Assembly: GCA_015522955.1 (NCBI GenBank)
Contig: WALG01000111.1
Span: forward strand, 1-37,021
Reading direction: 5' to 3'
DNA length: 37,021 nt
Source: DHVE2 group archaeon
Lineage (GTDB): Archaea > Thermoplasmatota > Thermoplasmata > Thermoplasmatales > Aciduliprofundaceae
This document shows positions 1 to 8,472 of the stretch, one piece after another (positions within the stretch are counted from its first letter, which is position 1; each line of letters starts with the position of its first letter). The notes beneath the pieces are model-generated. The model was not told the DNA's origin. It saw nothing but the letters and a program-made list of their open reading frames with translations, and searched no databases. The translations under genes were made by a program, and so were the position numbers.

Positions 1-43
1 GGAGAAGTATATGTTTATATGCAGATATGCATTCTCCTTCAGT

Positions 44-1279
44 ATGGAAATAGAACCCGGGGATCTGGTGGAAGTTCGAACTGGGAATGGAATTTTCAGA
101 GGAATTCTTGTACCCAAGGGAGAGTTCACAGGAGAGGATGTTGTAGTTCTTAAACTTGAAAATGGCTATAATATCGGTGTGATAGCCAAAGAGATAAAAC
201 TTATTAAAAAAGGAGAGAAAAAAGAAAAAAGGAAAATGAGGTTGAAAGAGAAAAAGAATCTGTCAAAAATATCCGTAATAAGCACAGGAGGAACCATTGC
301 AAGTTACGTTGATTATAAAACCGGCGCAGTGCATCCCGCACTTACCGCTGAGGACCTTCTTTTCTCGGTACCCGAAATAGAGGAGGAGGCCAATATTCGT
401 GCAAGCATACTTTTTAATATTCTCAGCGAGGATATGCATCCTGAATACTGGATACAACTTGCGAGGAAAATAAGAGATGAACTTAAAAAATCGGTGGGTG
501 TTGTGATACCCCATGGTACAGATACCATGTCCTATACTGCCTCGGCCCTCGCTTTTATGTTTCCTCGGCTATCTGGTCCTGTGATTCTTGTGGGTTCTCA
601 GAGGAGTAGCGATAGACCAAGTAGCGATGCGTATATGAATCTTCTCTCCGCAGTTCGTGTGGCAAAAACTGACCTTGGAGAGGTTGCAGTGGTGATGCAT
701 GCCACTACTAATGATGATTATTGCCATATACACAGGGGCACGAGAGTGAGAAAAATGCATACCTCCCGGCGAGATGCATTTAAGAGCATCAACTCCTTGC
801 CCCTGGGGGAAGTAAGGGGCAGAGAGGTGCGGTTTTTAACTCCATATAGAAAGAGGGATGATCTTACAGAATTGCAGGATAAACTCGAGAAAAGAGTCAC
901 ACTCATCTATTATTACCCGGGAATGGATGCCTCATTGGTGGAGAGAATACTGGAAAATACTCGGGGAGCGATAATTATGGGTACCGGACTTGGGCATACT
1001 GGTACCCATATTATACCTGTTCTTAAGAGATACATAAGGGATGGCGGTATTGTGGGGATGACGTCACAGTGCCTATATGGTATGGTCAATCTTAATGTAT
1101 ACTCAACAGGCCGAGAACTTAAAAAAATTGGTGTCATACCACTTGGAGATATGCTCCCTGAAGTTGCCTATACTAAATTGATGTACCTTCTTGGAAATTA
1201 CGATGTTGAAACCGCCAGGGATCTGTTGCCCAAGAATCTACGTGGAGAAATTGGTAGCGGGAGGATGATAACATGGTAA
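44..1279 (+). CDS. gatD: Glu-tRNA(Gln) amidotransferase subunit D (GatD), asparaginase-like
   Basis: Track ORF 11..1279. It has the GatD-type N-terminal domain ('GDLVEV..VVVLKLENGYNIGV') followed by type-I asparaginase motifs 'ISTGGTIAS' and 'PHGTDTM'. It overlaps gatE by 7 nt. The start is ambiguous. ATG 11 has GGAG 6 nt upstream but adds a hydrophobic 11-aa extension, while ATG 44 fits GatD N-termini better. Confidence 0.9.
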   Translation: MEIEPGDLVEVRTGNGIFRGILVPKGEFTGEDVVVLKLENGYNIGVIAKEIKLIKKGEKKEKRKMRLKEKKNLSKISVISTGGTIASYVDYKTGAVHPALTAEDLLFSVPEIEEEANIRASILFNILSEDMHPEYWIQLARKIRDELKKSVGVVIPHGTDTMSYTASALAFMFPRLSGPVILVGSQRSSDRPSSDAYMNLLSAVRVAKTDLGEVAVVMHATTNDDYCHIHRGTRVRKMHTSRRDAFKSINSLPLGEVRGREVRFLTPYRKRDDLTELQDKLEKRVTLIYYYPGMDASLVERILENTRGAIIMGTGLGHTGTHIIPVLKRYIRDGGIVGMTSQCLYGMVNLNVYSTGRELKKIGVIPLGDMLPEVAYTKLMYLLGNYDVETARDLLPKNLRGEIGSGRMITW

Positions 1280-3057
1280 AGTGCGGACTCGAAATCCATC
1301 AGCAACTGGCCACAAAAAAACTGTTCTGCGACTGTGAATCCATACTGAGTGATGAGGTACTATATACATTTGAAAGAGTTCTCAGACCTACCCAGAGTGA
1401 ACTTGGAGAGATTGATAGAGCAGCACTGGAAGAGAGTTTGAAGCATAGAAAATTTGTTTATCAAGTCACGCCCAATTCCTGTCTTGTGGAGGCAGATGAA
1501 GAGCCACCCCACGAACTGAATCGCGAGGCACTGGAAGTTGCACTTAAAGTTTCTCTCATGATGCATGCCAAGGTAATAGATGAGATTCATGTTATGAGAA
1601 AAATAGTGATTGACGGTTCCAATACCTCGGGATTTCAGAGAACCGCACTTATTGCAGTGGATGGATATCTGGACACTTCCTTCGGCAGGGTAAGAATACC
1701 CACCATATGCTTGGAGGAAGAGGCTGCTCGCAAAATAGAGGAGCAAGGAAATAGGGTGATATATCGCCTGGACCGTCTGGGAATACCCCTGATCGAAATC
1801 TCAACCTCTCCTGATATGGAGAACGGAGAGCAGGTTAAAGAAGTTGCCCAGAGGATAGGATATCTTCTGAGGGCAACAAAGAAGGTGCGAAGAGGCGTGG
1901 GTACCATAAGACAGGATATAAACATCTCCACAGGCCAGGGAAGGGTGGAGATAAAAGGTGCAGCCACGCTCAATATGATTCCAAAATGGGTTCAAAACGA
2001 GATAGAGAGGCAGAATATGCTTAAGGAAGTGGCGGAGATTCTAAAGAATAGAAATGCAAGAGTGGATGAGAGGATATATGATCTCACAGAGATATTCCAA
2101 GGGACTTCTTCAAAAATAATAAAGAATATTCTTAAGCGAGGAGGTGTTGTACTTGGAATCAAACTTCATGGCTTTGCAGGAGTGCTTAAAAAAGGAAACT
2201 ACCGTTTGGGAAAGGAGCTCGCTGAGCGTGTGAGAGTTATAGGAATAAAGGGGCTCTTCCACGGTGATGAACTACCCGGATACGGTATAACCCCACAGGA
2301 AGTGGAAAAAATAAAGAAAATTATGGCGCTTGAAGCGGAAGATTCCTTTGTAATTATAGGTGAGCAGAGAGAGAAGACACGGATTGGATTGCAAAAGGTA
2401 ATAGAGAGAGCGAAGATTGCTCTCTACGGGGTGCCGGATGAGACCCGGGGTCCCAGAGATGATGGAACCACTACTTATCTCCGTCCTCTTCCAGGAAGCG
2501 CCCGAATGTATCCAGAGACAGATATACCTCCAATACGAATAGAGGAAAATTATCTAGAGAAACTTAGAAAATCATTGCCCCCCATGCCAGAAAAGAGAGT
2601 GGAATATCTATGCACTCTTGGGATAAATAGGGAAATCGCATGGCAAATACTCCATCACGGATTGGATGACTTATTTGAAGAGATTGTGAAAAAATATGGC
2701 CATGCTACTATTGTGGCAAGAGCACTGTTGAACGGATGTGAGAATATAGATTATGACGGGGTATTCCATGCTCTTCATGAAGGAAAATTCTCCAAGGAGG
2801 CAGTGGATGATGTTGTAAACCGCCTCTGTAACGGTGAGGATTGGAATTCTATACTCTCTTCATTTTCAAGAAATGTGGACGTTGATGAAGTCATAAAGAG
2901 AGTTATTGAAGAAAAGAGAGAACTCATAGAAGTTCGGGGGCTTGATGCCTTTAAGCCTCTGATGGGTGTGATTATGAAGGAACTTAGGGGTAAAGTGGAT
3001 GGAAAGGTGATTAGCGAAAAATTAAGAAAAGCCCTTAAGGAGAGGCTCTCCGGATAA
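1273..3057 (+). CDS. gatE: Glu-tRNA(Gln) amidotransferase subunit E (GatE)
   Basis: 594-aa ORF with the N-terminal 'KCGLEIHQQL' GatB/GatE-family signature, 'LVEADEEPPHE' and 'GIPLIEISTSPD'. The size fits archaeal GatE. Its ATG overlaps the gatD stop, consistent with an operon. Confidence 0.93.
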   Translation: MVKCGLEIHQQLATKKLFCDCESILSDEVLYTFERVLRPTQSELGEIDRAALEESLKHRKFVYQVTPNSCLVEADEEPPHELNREALEVALKVSLMMHAKVIDEIHVMRKIVIDGSNTSGFQRTALIAVDGYLDTSFGRVRIPTICLEEEAARKIEEQGNRVIYRLDRLGIPLIEISTSPDMENGEQVKEVAQRIGYLLRATKKVRRGVGTIRQDINISTGQGRVEIKGAATLNMIPKWVQNEIERQNMLKEVAEILKNRNARVDERIYDLTEIFQGTSSKIIKNILKRGGVVLGIKLHGFAGVLKKGNYRLGKELAERVRVIGIKGLFHGDELPGYGITPQEVEKIKKIMALEAEDSFVIIGEQREKTRIGLQKVIERAKIALYGVPDETRGPRDDGTTTYLRPLPGSARMYPETDIPPIRIEENYLEKLRKSLPPMPEKRVEYLCTLGINREIAWQILHHGLDDLFEEIVKKYGHATIVARALLNGCENIDYDGVFHALHEGKFSKEAVDDVVNRLCNGEDWNSILSSFSRNVDVDEVIKRVIEEKRELIEVRGLDAFKPLMGVIMKELRGKVDGKVISEKLRKALKERLSG

Positions 3058-3062
3058 GAAAG

Positions 3063-3074
3063 ATATAAATATGT
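3063..3074 (+). promoter_or_regulatory. TATA-like box for the large surface-protein gene
   Basis: 'gatataaatatg' lies about 50 nt upstream of ATG 3121, and GGGGGAT (SD-like) lies 7 nt before the ATG. Position and A/T composition only. Confidence 0.3.
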
Positions 3075-3120
3075 GATTTTGCATGCAATAACTTGCCCAT
3101 TTGATTGGGGGGATGAAAAG

Positions 3121-6100
3121 ATGAAAGGTGGAAATTTGAGAAAATACGGAAGCATAGTGATAGTTAGCCTAATGGTTTTAACAGTGTTTGCAGTGATGTC
3201 CGGCGCTCATGGAGCCTCTGCGGTTCCCCGGAATTCTCCGGCATTTGGTACATCTTCGGGGATACTTGAGATCTCGAGACAATTTTCAGTGAGCCTTAAA
3301 GACATAAAGCAGGTGGCTGGACCCAATGGTGAAAGGTATCTGTTGATAAAGGGTACCAATCTAATGCAGAGTCCAGGAAAACCAATGTTACCTGTGAAGA
3401 TATTTACCTTCACGTTGCCAAGAAATGCAAAAATAGTGAATATCGGGGTAAATGGAATTTCCATGATGAATTATGGAAACGTAAAAATCTCACCGGGACC
3501 TCAGCCTGTGCCAAAATCCGGGAAAGCATATCCCACCAAATATGCCCTGCCAAAGTATAATATGCAGGTCTATGGTAAAAATGCGTTCTACCCTGCAAAG
3601 ACGTATGCCTACAGAATTGGATACACTAATCACGAAACTGTGCTTAATGTGTATCTCTATCCGCTACAGTATAACCCGATAACGCATGAAACAAGGGTTA
3701 TTTCTCATGCCAATGTGGTTGTGGATTATAAACTTATACCCCTGAAATCTACAGCACCTGTGATAAACGCAGAGAATATAATAATCACCTCACCACTTCT
3801 GAAGGAGCAGGCCCAAAGACTCGCGGATTTCCATAACTCCACGGGAGTTACCTCCTGGGTAGTTACCACTGACTGGATTGCAAAGAATTTTGATGCTGGG
3901 CCAACGCCACCCTATGATGGTTATGCCAACGATACCACATATTTCTATCATGAACTTGGCACTGCGCTACCACTTATAAAAGAGCCAATAAGAGGCTATA
4001 ACTATACCCTTGCCAGAAAAATTGTGGCGTTTCTCCAAAATGAGACCGGTGGAAATGTAACCTATGTTACCATATTCGGCAATGCAAGGATGGTACCTCC
4101 AAGTTATTATTGGGTTGACCAGTATCCATACCTTCTGGCATACTTCGGAATCCCAGGTTATGATTTATATGATGCATGGATACCCACCGATGCATTCTAT
4201 GCATCTCCAGATTACAATTCCACATACTTTGACTTTACGCCCAACTTCTTCCTTGGAAGGCTACCCGTTAATCCACTAACTGCCAAGGCCATGGTGGACA
4301 AGATCATCTACTATGCCAATCACAAGAGCGGCCTAATGAACGTTACTCTATCGGGAGGGCAGGTATTTGAGACTTCGTATTTCCTTGGAGAAACTGGTGT
4401 GCTTGAGCCTATAAATGCAGGATGGATGAACGGGGTCAAAATCACAGAGTATTTCCATACGCTGAGAAACTTTACCTATAATAACTTTGTAAAGATGATG
4501 AAGAACAGTGATATGATTATAGAAATCACTCATGGTTCGGGATTCTCATTCTGGCATCACAACGATGATATCAATGCCTGGGACTTCAGCATGAATGCAT
4601 CCTACGGCTCTCTGCCAATATACGCCTCTGGCTCCTGCCTTAATGGGGCATGGGACGAGGAAGTTTATCCATCAGAATTTGCCATGGGAATAAACGGAGG
4701 TACCTCCATAGCAGAGAAGATGCTATATGCTCCCGATGGAATAATTGCATACTTTGGCGGAGATAGAGAGGCATATGGAAGCACTGCTGCATATTTTGTA
4801 AATGGTACGCTGGTGGCACCCAATGACTTTGGAGACCTTATTACGGAGGATGGTACTGCAATAGCCTACAAGACTGCGATGGAGAACTATGGGTATGTTA
4901 CACTTGGAATGCTGTATTACTACGCACTTTATTATTACAATGTCTGGATTGGTCCAAATCTTCCTATAATAAATCCTTGGGGTTATGGAGGCTACAACTG
5001 GAATCTCTGGCAGAGGTCATACTTTGAATTCTCCGGGCTTGGTGACCCTGCACTTAAAGTGGCAGGAAATGGAACTTCAGCACCAGCATATTCACTTCCG
5101 AAGGTGGAGGTACGCAACGCAGTCTACAACGCTCAGGATGTTCCAGTAATAACCCGAGGACACTCGGTGACTGTGGATATAAAAACTGATTCTCCAACAG
5201 TAAAGGCAGAATTACTGTATCTTGAGCATGATGTATCCTCCTCTGGAGAGAGTTACTATGACTTTATTCTGGGCACCCAAACCCTTACTCCTGTCTCAAG
5301 TTCTGGTGGTGTGAATGATTTCACCTATGCCTTCACACCCAGCAGAGAAGGCACATATATTCTCTCTGTATATTCAGAAGATGGAAAGAACACGAGACTC
5401 TATATGGCATGTGGTGTACCCTCTGTACCAGGCATAAGTGTGAGTACGCAGAAAAATCTCAAGACCTACTCCAATATACCAGTCTCCGCAAAGCAGAGTG
5501 GTCCTGATGTGGAAATAATAACCCTGCTCGATTACGGTGATATTGCCTTTGGAAAAGAAACCAATGTAACCGCTGTGCTTTATAATTCAGGAAATGAAAC
5601 CGCAAACAATATTGTGGTGCATTTCTACCTTGAGAACTATGTATTGGCCATCCAGCAGGGCAATCTCAGTGCTCCGCTTGTATGGCTTGGTAATGCCACT
5701 CTGACATCCTTGGCGCCTGGTGAGATTGCCTATGTAACCATACCATGGAAGGCCGTTAATCTTATTCCTCTCGGCTTGGACCCAACTAACTCCTCTGCAA
5801 GATGGCAATATCTGGTGGCTAGTGCAGATGTTGCCGGAGATGTGAATCCGGACAATAATGCATATGTGGCCCTATTCCATGTGCATCTACCTGTGGATGT
5901 CTGGGCTCAGAAGGTGTTCTTGGAGAAGGATCCCATGGTAGGTGTACCCAATGCCATAACGTTTGAAATTTCAAATATTGGTACCACTGACACGGCCACA
6001 ACCAATGTAACGGTTATGGATGCTTATGGTGTTATAGATACTCTTCAGGTTACTCTTGCTCCCGGTGAAACTAAGTTTCTTACCGTACCATGGACTCCTG

Positions 6101-7899
6101 CCCAGGCAGGATGGGATTATGTAGCAGTATTTACCAGCACTCCTGGAGATATAAATACCCGTAATGACGTGGGTCTATACTATCCCAATGGGTACTATGG
6201 AGTCTATATGTTCAAAGTTCTCAGTTATGATGTTGCAGCGTTGAAACTTTCCCAAAATGGCGATAATCTGGATGTAACACTTTACAACTATGGACCGGTA
6301 GCATCTCCAGGCACCACAGTGCAGGTTAAGGAGTATCTTGGTGTAACTCCGTATCATGTAGAGTCCCCGCATCCGTACCCGGACAATTATGACAACATCT
6401 GGAAGATAGAGGCTCCAGGTGCAACTTCTCTGGCGTTACACTTTGAATATCTGGATGTAGAGCCCAACTATGATTATGTTCTCATTTACAACGAAACAGG
6501 TGCATTGCAGGTGTATTATACTGGCTTTTATAACAATTTGTGGACTCCATTTATCAATGGCTCCACTCTTTACGTGAGGCTGGTATCTGATGAAGCGGTG
6601 CATTACAGTGGATTTGTAATAGACGCCTATGCTAACGGTGCAGAGTTCCAGATTGTATCACTTGGAAACATAACCTTTGGTAGTATTGGTTCCGGTGAAT
6701 TTGCAACAGAAGGCATCTCGCTCGGAAATGTTACCACAGGGCCTCAATATTTTGAAGTAAATGCAACTACACCTGACGAGGTGGCTACACTTAACACTGG
6801 AGGAGACTCCAATAATAAACTTTCAGGATTTGTGAATATCCAAGATACTGTGCCTCCTGTAATTACTGGAATGTCACCCAATAACGTGGTTATAAATGAT
6901 CGCAGCCCAACCCTGCAAATACAGTTCCATGACACTATTTACAGTGGCTTCTCGGAGATAAGCGTGAAGGTAGATGGCATAGAGATAGGTACCAATGCGA
7001 AACTGGTAGCGAATGGTAATGATGGAAGCATAGCTGTGAAGGTACCATTCCTGCTTGTGGATGGAGAGCACAGCGTTGTGGTAACGCTTGTGGACAATGG
7101 AGGCAATGAGGTAAGCGAGGAATGGAATTTCACAATAGATGCCACACCGCCGCAGTTGGTAATCACGTCGCCTGTGGGCATGAATGTGCCGCTTACATAC
7201 AATTCCACGCTGAAGATAGAGGGCATAACAGAACCAGATGCCACGGTAACCATAAATGGAGTTACAGTGCCAGTGGGCAATGATGGGAAGTTCAGTTACG
7301 ATGCCACACTGGTGAAGGGAGAGAACATATTTTACATAGTGGCCACGGACCCGTATGGCAACAGTGCCTATATGGTGGTTACCGCGCTATACCTGCCAGA
7401 CCTGCCGCAACTGTGGAACGCAATCAGTGACCTGAAATCGCAGATATCGCAGATGCAGGGAGACATAGAGAAGTTGAACTCTGAGATAAATGGATTAAAG
7501 GGAGATGTCAATGGATTAAAGGCAAACATAAGTGCCATGGAAGAGAGATTAAATGAGTTACAGATAGCGCTAAAAGAGAATGTAACTGCGCTAAATAAGG
7601 CAATAGAGGACGCAAACACCACATTGATGAACGAGATAAACAATAATATTGCAACTCTGCAGGGTCAGATTAATGACCTGAAGAGCCAGATAAGCGATGC
7701 TCAGAGCCAGATAAAGAGTGTACAGGATGAAAACAAGAAGCAGAGCAATCAGATTAGCGGAGCAGATACCATAGGCTATGTGGGCATAGTTCTTGCAATA
7801 ATCGCGCTAATCATAGCGATAGTGGCCATTGCCAGAAAGCCCAAGAAGCCTGAGATGCCTGAGAGCAGCGAGTCCGAAGAATCCGAGTCTGAAGAATAA
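3121..7899 (+). CDS. Giant secreted, C-terminally membrane-anchored surface protein. Domains are a peptidase C25 (gingipain-like) domain, CARDB repeats, a CUB-like module, Ig-like modules, a coiled-coil stalk, a TM helix and an acidic tail.
   Basis: Track ORF 3073..7899. The start is set at ATG 3121, which begins a signal peptide 'MKGGNLRKYGSIVIVSLMVLTVFAVMSGAHGASA'. A C25 propeptide-like segment ends in 'VYLYPLQYNPITHETRVISHANVVVDY'. The C25 core shows 'ENIIITSPLL..QAQRLADFH', candidate His 'EITHGSG' and candidate Cys 'ASGSCLNGAW'. CARDB-like repeats include 'VTAVLYNSGNETANNIVVHFY' and 'ITFEISNIGTTDTATTNVTV'. Heptad-rich region at about 7400-7760. TM helix 'IGYVGIVLAIIALIIAIVAIA'. More than 20 N-x-S/T sequons. 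Confidence 0.85.
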   Translation: MKGGNLRKYGSIVIVSLMVLTVFAVMSGAHGASAVPRNSPAFGTSSGILEISRQFSVSLKDIKQVAGPNGERYLLIKGTNLMQSPGKPMLPVKIFTFTLPRNAKIVNIGVNGISMMNYGNVKISPGPQPVPKSGKAYPTKYALPKYNMQVYGKNAFYPAKTYAYRIGYTNHETVLNVYLYPLQYNPITHETRVISHANVVVDYKLIPLKSTAPVINAENIIITSPLLKEQAQRLADFHNSTGVTSWVVTTDWIAKNFDAGPTPPYDGYANDTTYFYHELGTALPLIKEPIRGYNYTLARKIVAFLQNETGGNVTYVTIFGNARMVPPSYYWVDQYPYLLAYFGIPGYDLYDAWIPTDAFYASPDYNSTYFDFTPNFFLGRLPVNPLTAKAMVDKIIYYANHKSGLMNVTLSGGQVFETSYFLGETGVLEPINAGWMNGVKITEYFHTLRNFTYNNFVKMMKNSDMIIEITHGSGFSFWHHNDDINAWDFSMNASYGSLPIYASGSCLNGAWDEEVYPSEFAMGINGGTSIAEKMLYAPDGIIAYFGGDREAYGSTAAYFVNGTLVAPNDFGDLITEDGTAIAYKTAMENYGYVTLGMLYYYALYYYNVWIGPNLPIINPWGYGGYNWNLWQRSYFEFSGLGDPALKVAGNGTSAPAYSLPKVEVRNAVYNAQDVPVITRGHSVTVDIKTDSPTVKAELLYLEHDVSSSGESYYDFILGTQTLTPVSSSGGVNDFTYAFTPSREGTYILSVYSEDGKNTRLYMACGVPSVPGISVSTQKNLKTYSNIPVSAKQSGPDVEIITLLDYGDIAFGKETNVTAVLYNSGNETANNIVVHFYLENYVLAIQQGNLSAPLVWLGNATLTSLAPGEIAYVTIPWKAVNLIPLGLDPTNSSARWQYLVASADVAGDVNPDNNAYVALFHVHLPVDVWAQKVFLEKDPMVGVPNAITFEISNIGTTDTATTNVTVMDAYGVIDTLQVTLAPGETKFLTVPWTPAQAGWDYVAVFTSTPGDINTRNDVGLYYPNGYYGVYMFKVLSYDVAALKLSQNGDNLDVTLYNYGPVASPGTTVQVKEYLGVTPYHVESPHPYPDNYDNIWKIEAPGATSLALHFEYLDVEPNYDYVLIYNETGALQVYYTGFYNNLWTPFINGSTLYVRLVSDEAVHYSGFVIDAYANGAEFQIVSLGNITFGSIGSGEFATEGISLGNVTTGPQYFEVNATTPDEVATLNTGGDSNNKLSGFVNIQDTVPPVITGMSPNNVVINDRSPTLQIQFHDTIYSGFSEISVKVDGIEIGTNAKLVANGNDGSIAVKVPFLLVDGEHSVVVTLVDNGGNEVSEEWNFTIDATPPQLVITSPVGMNVPLTYNSTLKIEGITEPDATVTINGVTVPVGNDGKFSYDATLVKGENIFYIVATDPYGNSAYMVVTALYLPDLPQLWNAISDLKSQISQMQGDIEKLNSEINGLKGDVNGLKANISAMEERLNELQIALKENVTALNKAIEDANTTLMNEINNNIATLQGQINDLKSQISDAQSQIKSVQDENKKQSNQISGADTIGYVGIVLAIIALIIAIVAIARKPKKPEMPESSESEESESEE

Positions 7900-7916
7900 T
7901 CTTTTTCCTTTTTTCC
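7900..7916 (+). terminator. Oligo-T archaeal-type terminator after the surface-protein gene
   Basis: 'tctttttccttttttcc' immediately follows the TAA at 7897..7899. Archaeal termination typically occurs at T-runs. Confidence 0.45.
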
Positions 7917-7953
7917 AATATTTTTAATTACTTTTCTGCATTAAACCATCATA

Positions 7954-8472
7954 ATGCTTATTGCACTCACGGGTACTCCCGGTACAGGTAAAACATCGGT
8001 GGCAAAGATTTTGCAGAAGGAATACCAAGTAGTGTATCTCAAGGATTATGAAGATGCAGTAATTTATTATGATGAACACAGAGATAGTAAAGTGGTTGAT
8101 TTAGATACTCTGCGAGAGGAGGTTAATGCACTTAATAAGGATGCTCTGTATATCATTGAGGGACATTATGCACATGAGATGCCTGTGGATGTGGTAATTG
8201 TACTAAGGTGCCATCCAGAAGAACTTGGAAAAAGGCTGAAGAAAAGAGGATATAGAGAGAGGAAGATACAGGAAAATGTGGAGGCTGAGGCCATGAGCCT
8301 CATAACAAGCGAGTCTATTCTTTACCATGGGAAAGATAAAGTATTTGAAATTGATACTACAGGAAAAACTCCAGAGGAGTGTGCAAAAGAGGTAGAGGAT
8401 ATCCTTAACGGCCAGAAGGAGAAATATCGTCCAAGAATCAATTACTCGGAGGAGATACTCAAATGGTACTGA
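7954..8472 (+). CDS. AK6/Fap7-type adenylate kinase (putative ribosome-biogenesis NTPase)
   Basis: 172-aa ORF with Walker A 'GTPGTGKTS' at residue 7. The pattern 'IIEGHYAH', 'VIVLRCHPEEL..RL..RGY...KIQEN' and the size fit archaeal AK6/Fap7. A TATA-like 'atatttttaat' lies about 30 nt upstream and there is no SD. Confidence 0.8.
   Translation: MLIALTGTPGTGKTSVAKILQKEYQVVYLKDYEDAVIYYDEHRDSKVVDLDTLREEVNALNKDALYIIEGHYAHEMPVDVVIVLRCHPEELGKRLKKRGYRERKIQENVEAEAMSLITSESILYHGKDKVFEIDTTGKTPEECAKEVEDILNGQKEKYRPRINYSEEILKWY

Noticed and set aside
7489-7521. Short nucleotide direct repeat 'aatggattaaag' (7489..7500 and 7510..7521).
   Set aside because: It encodes the repeated 'NGLK' of the coiled-coil heptads inside the giant gene. 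It is a consequence of protein repeat structure, not a regulatory or mobile repeat.
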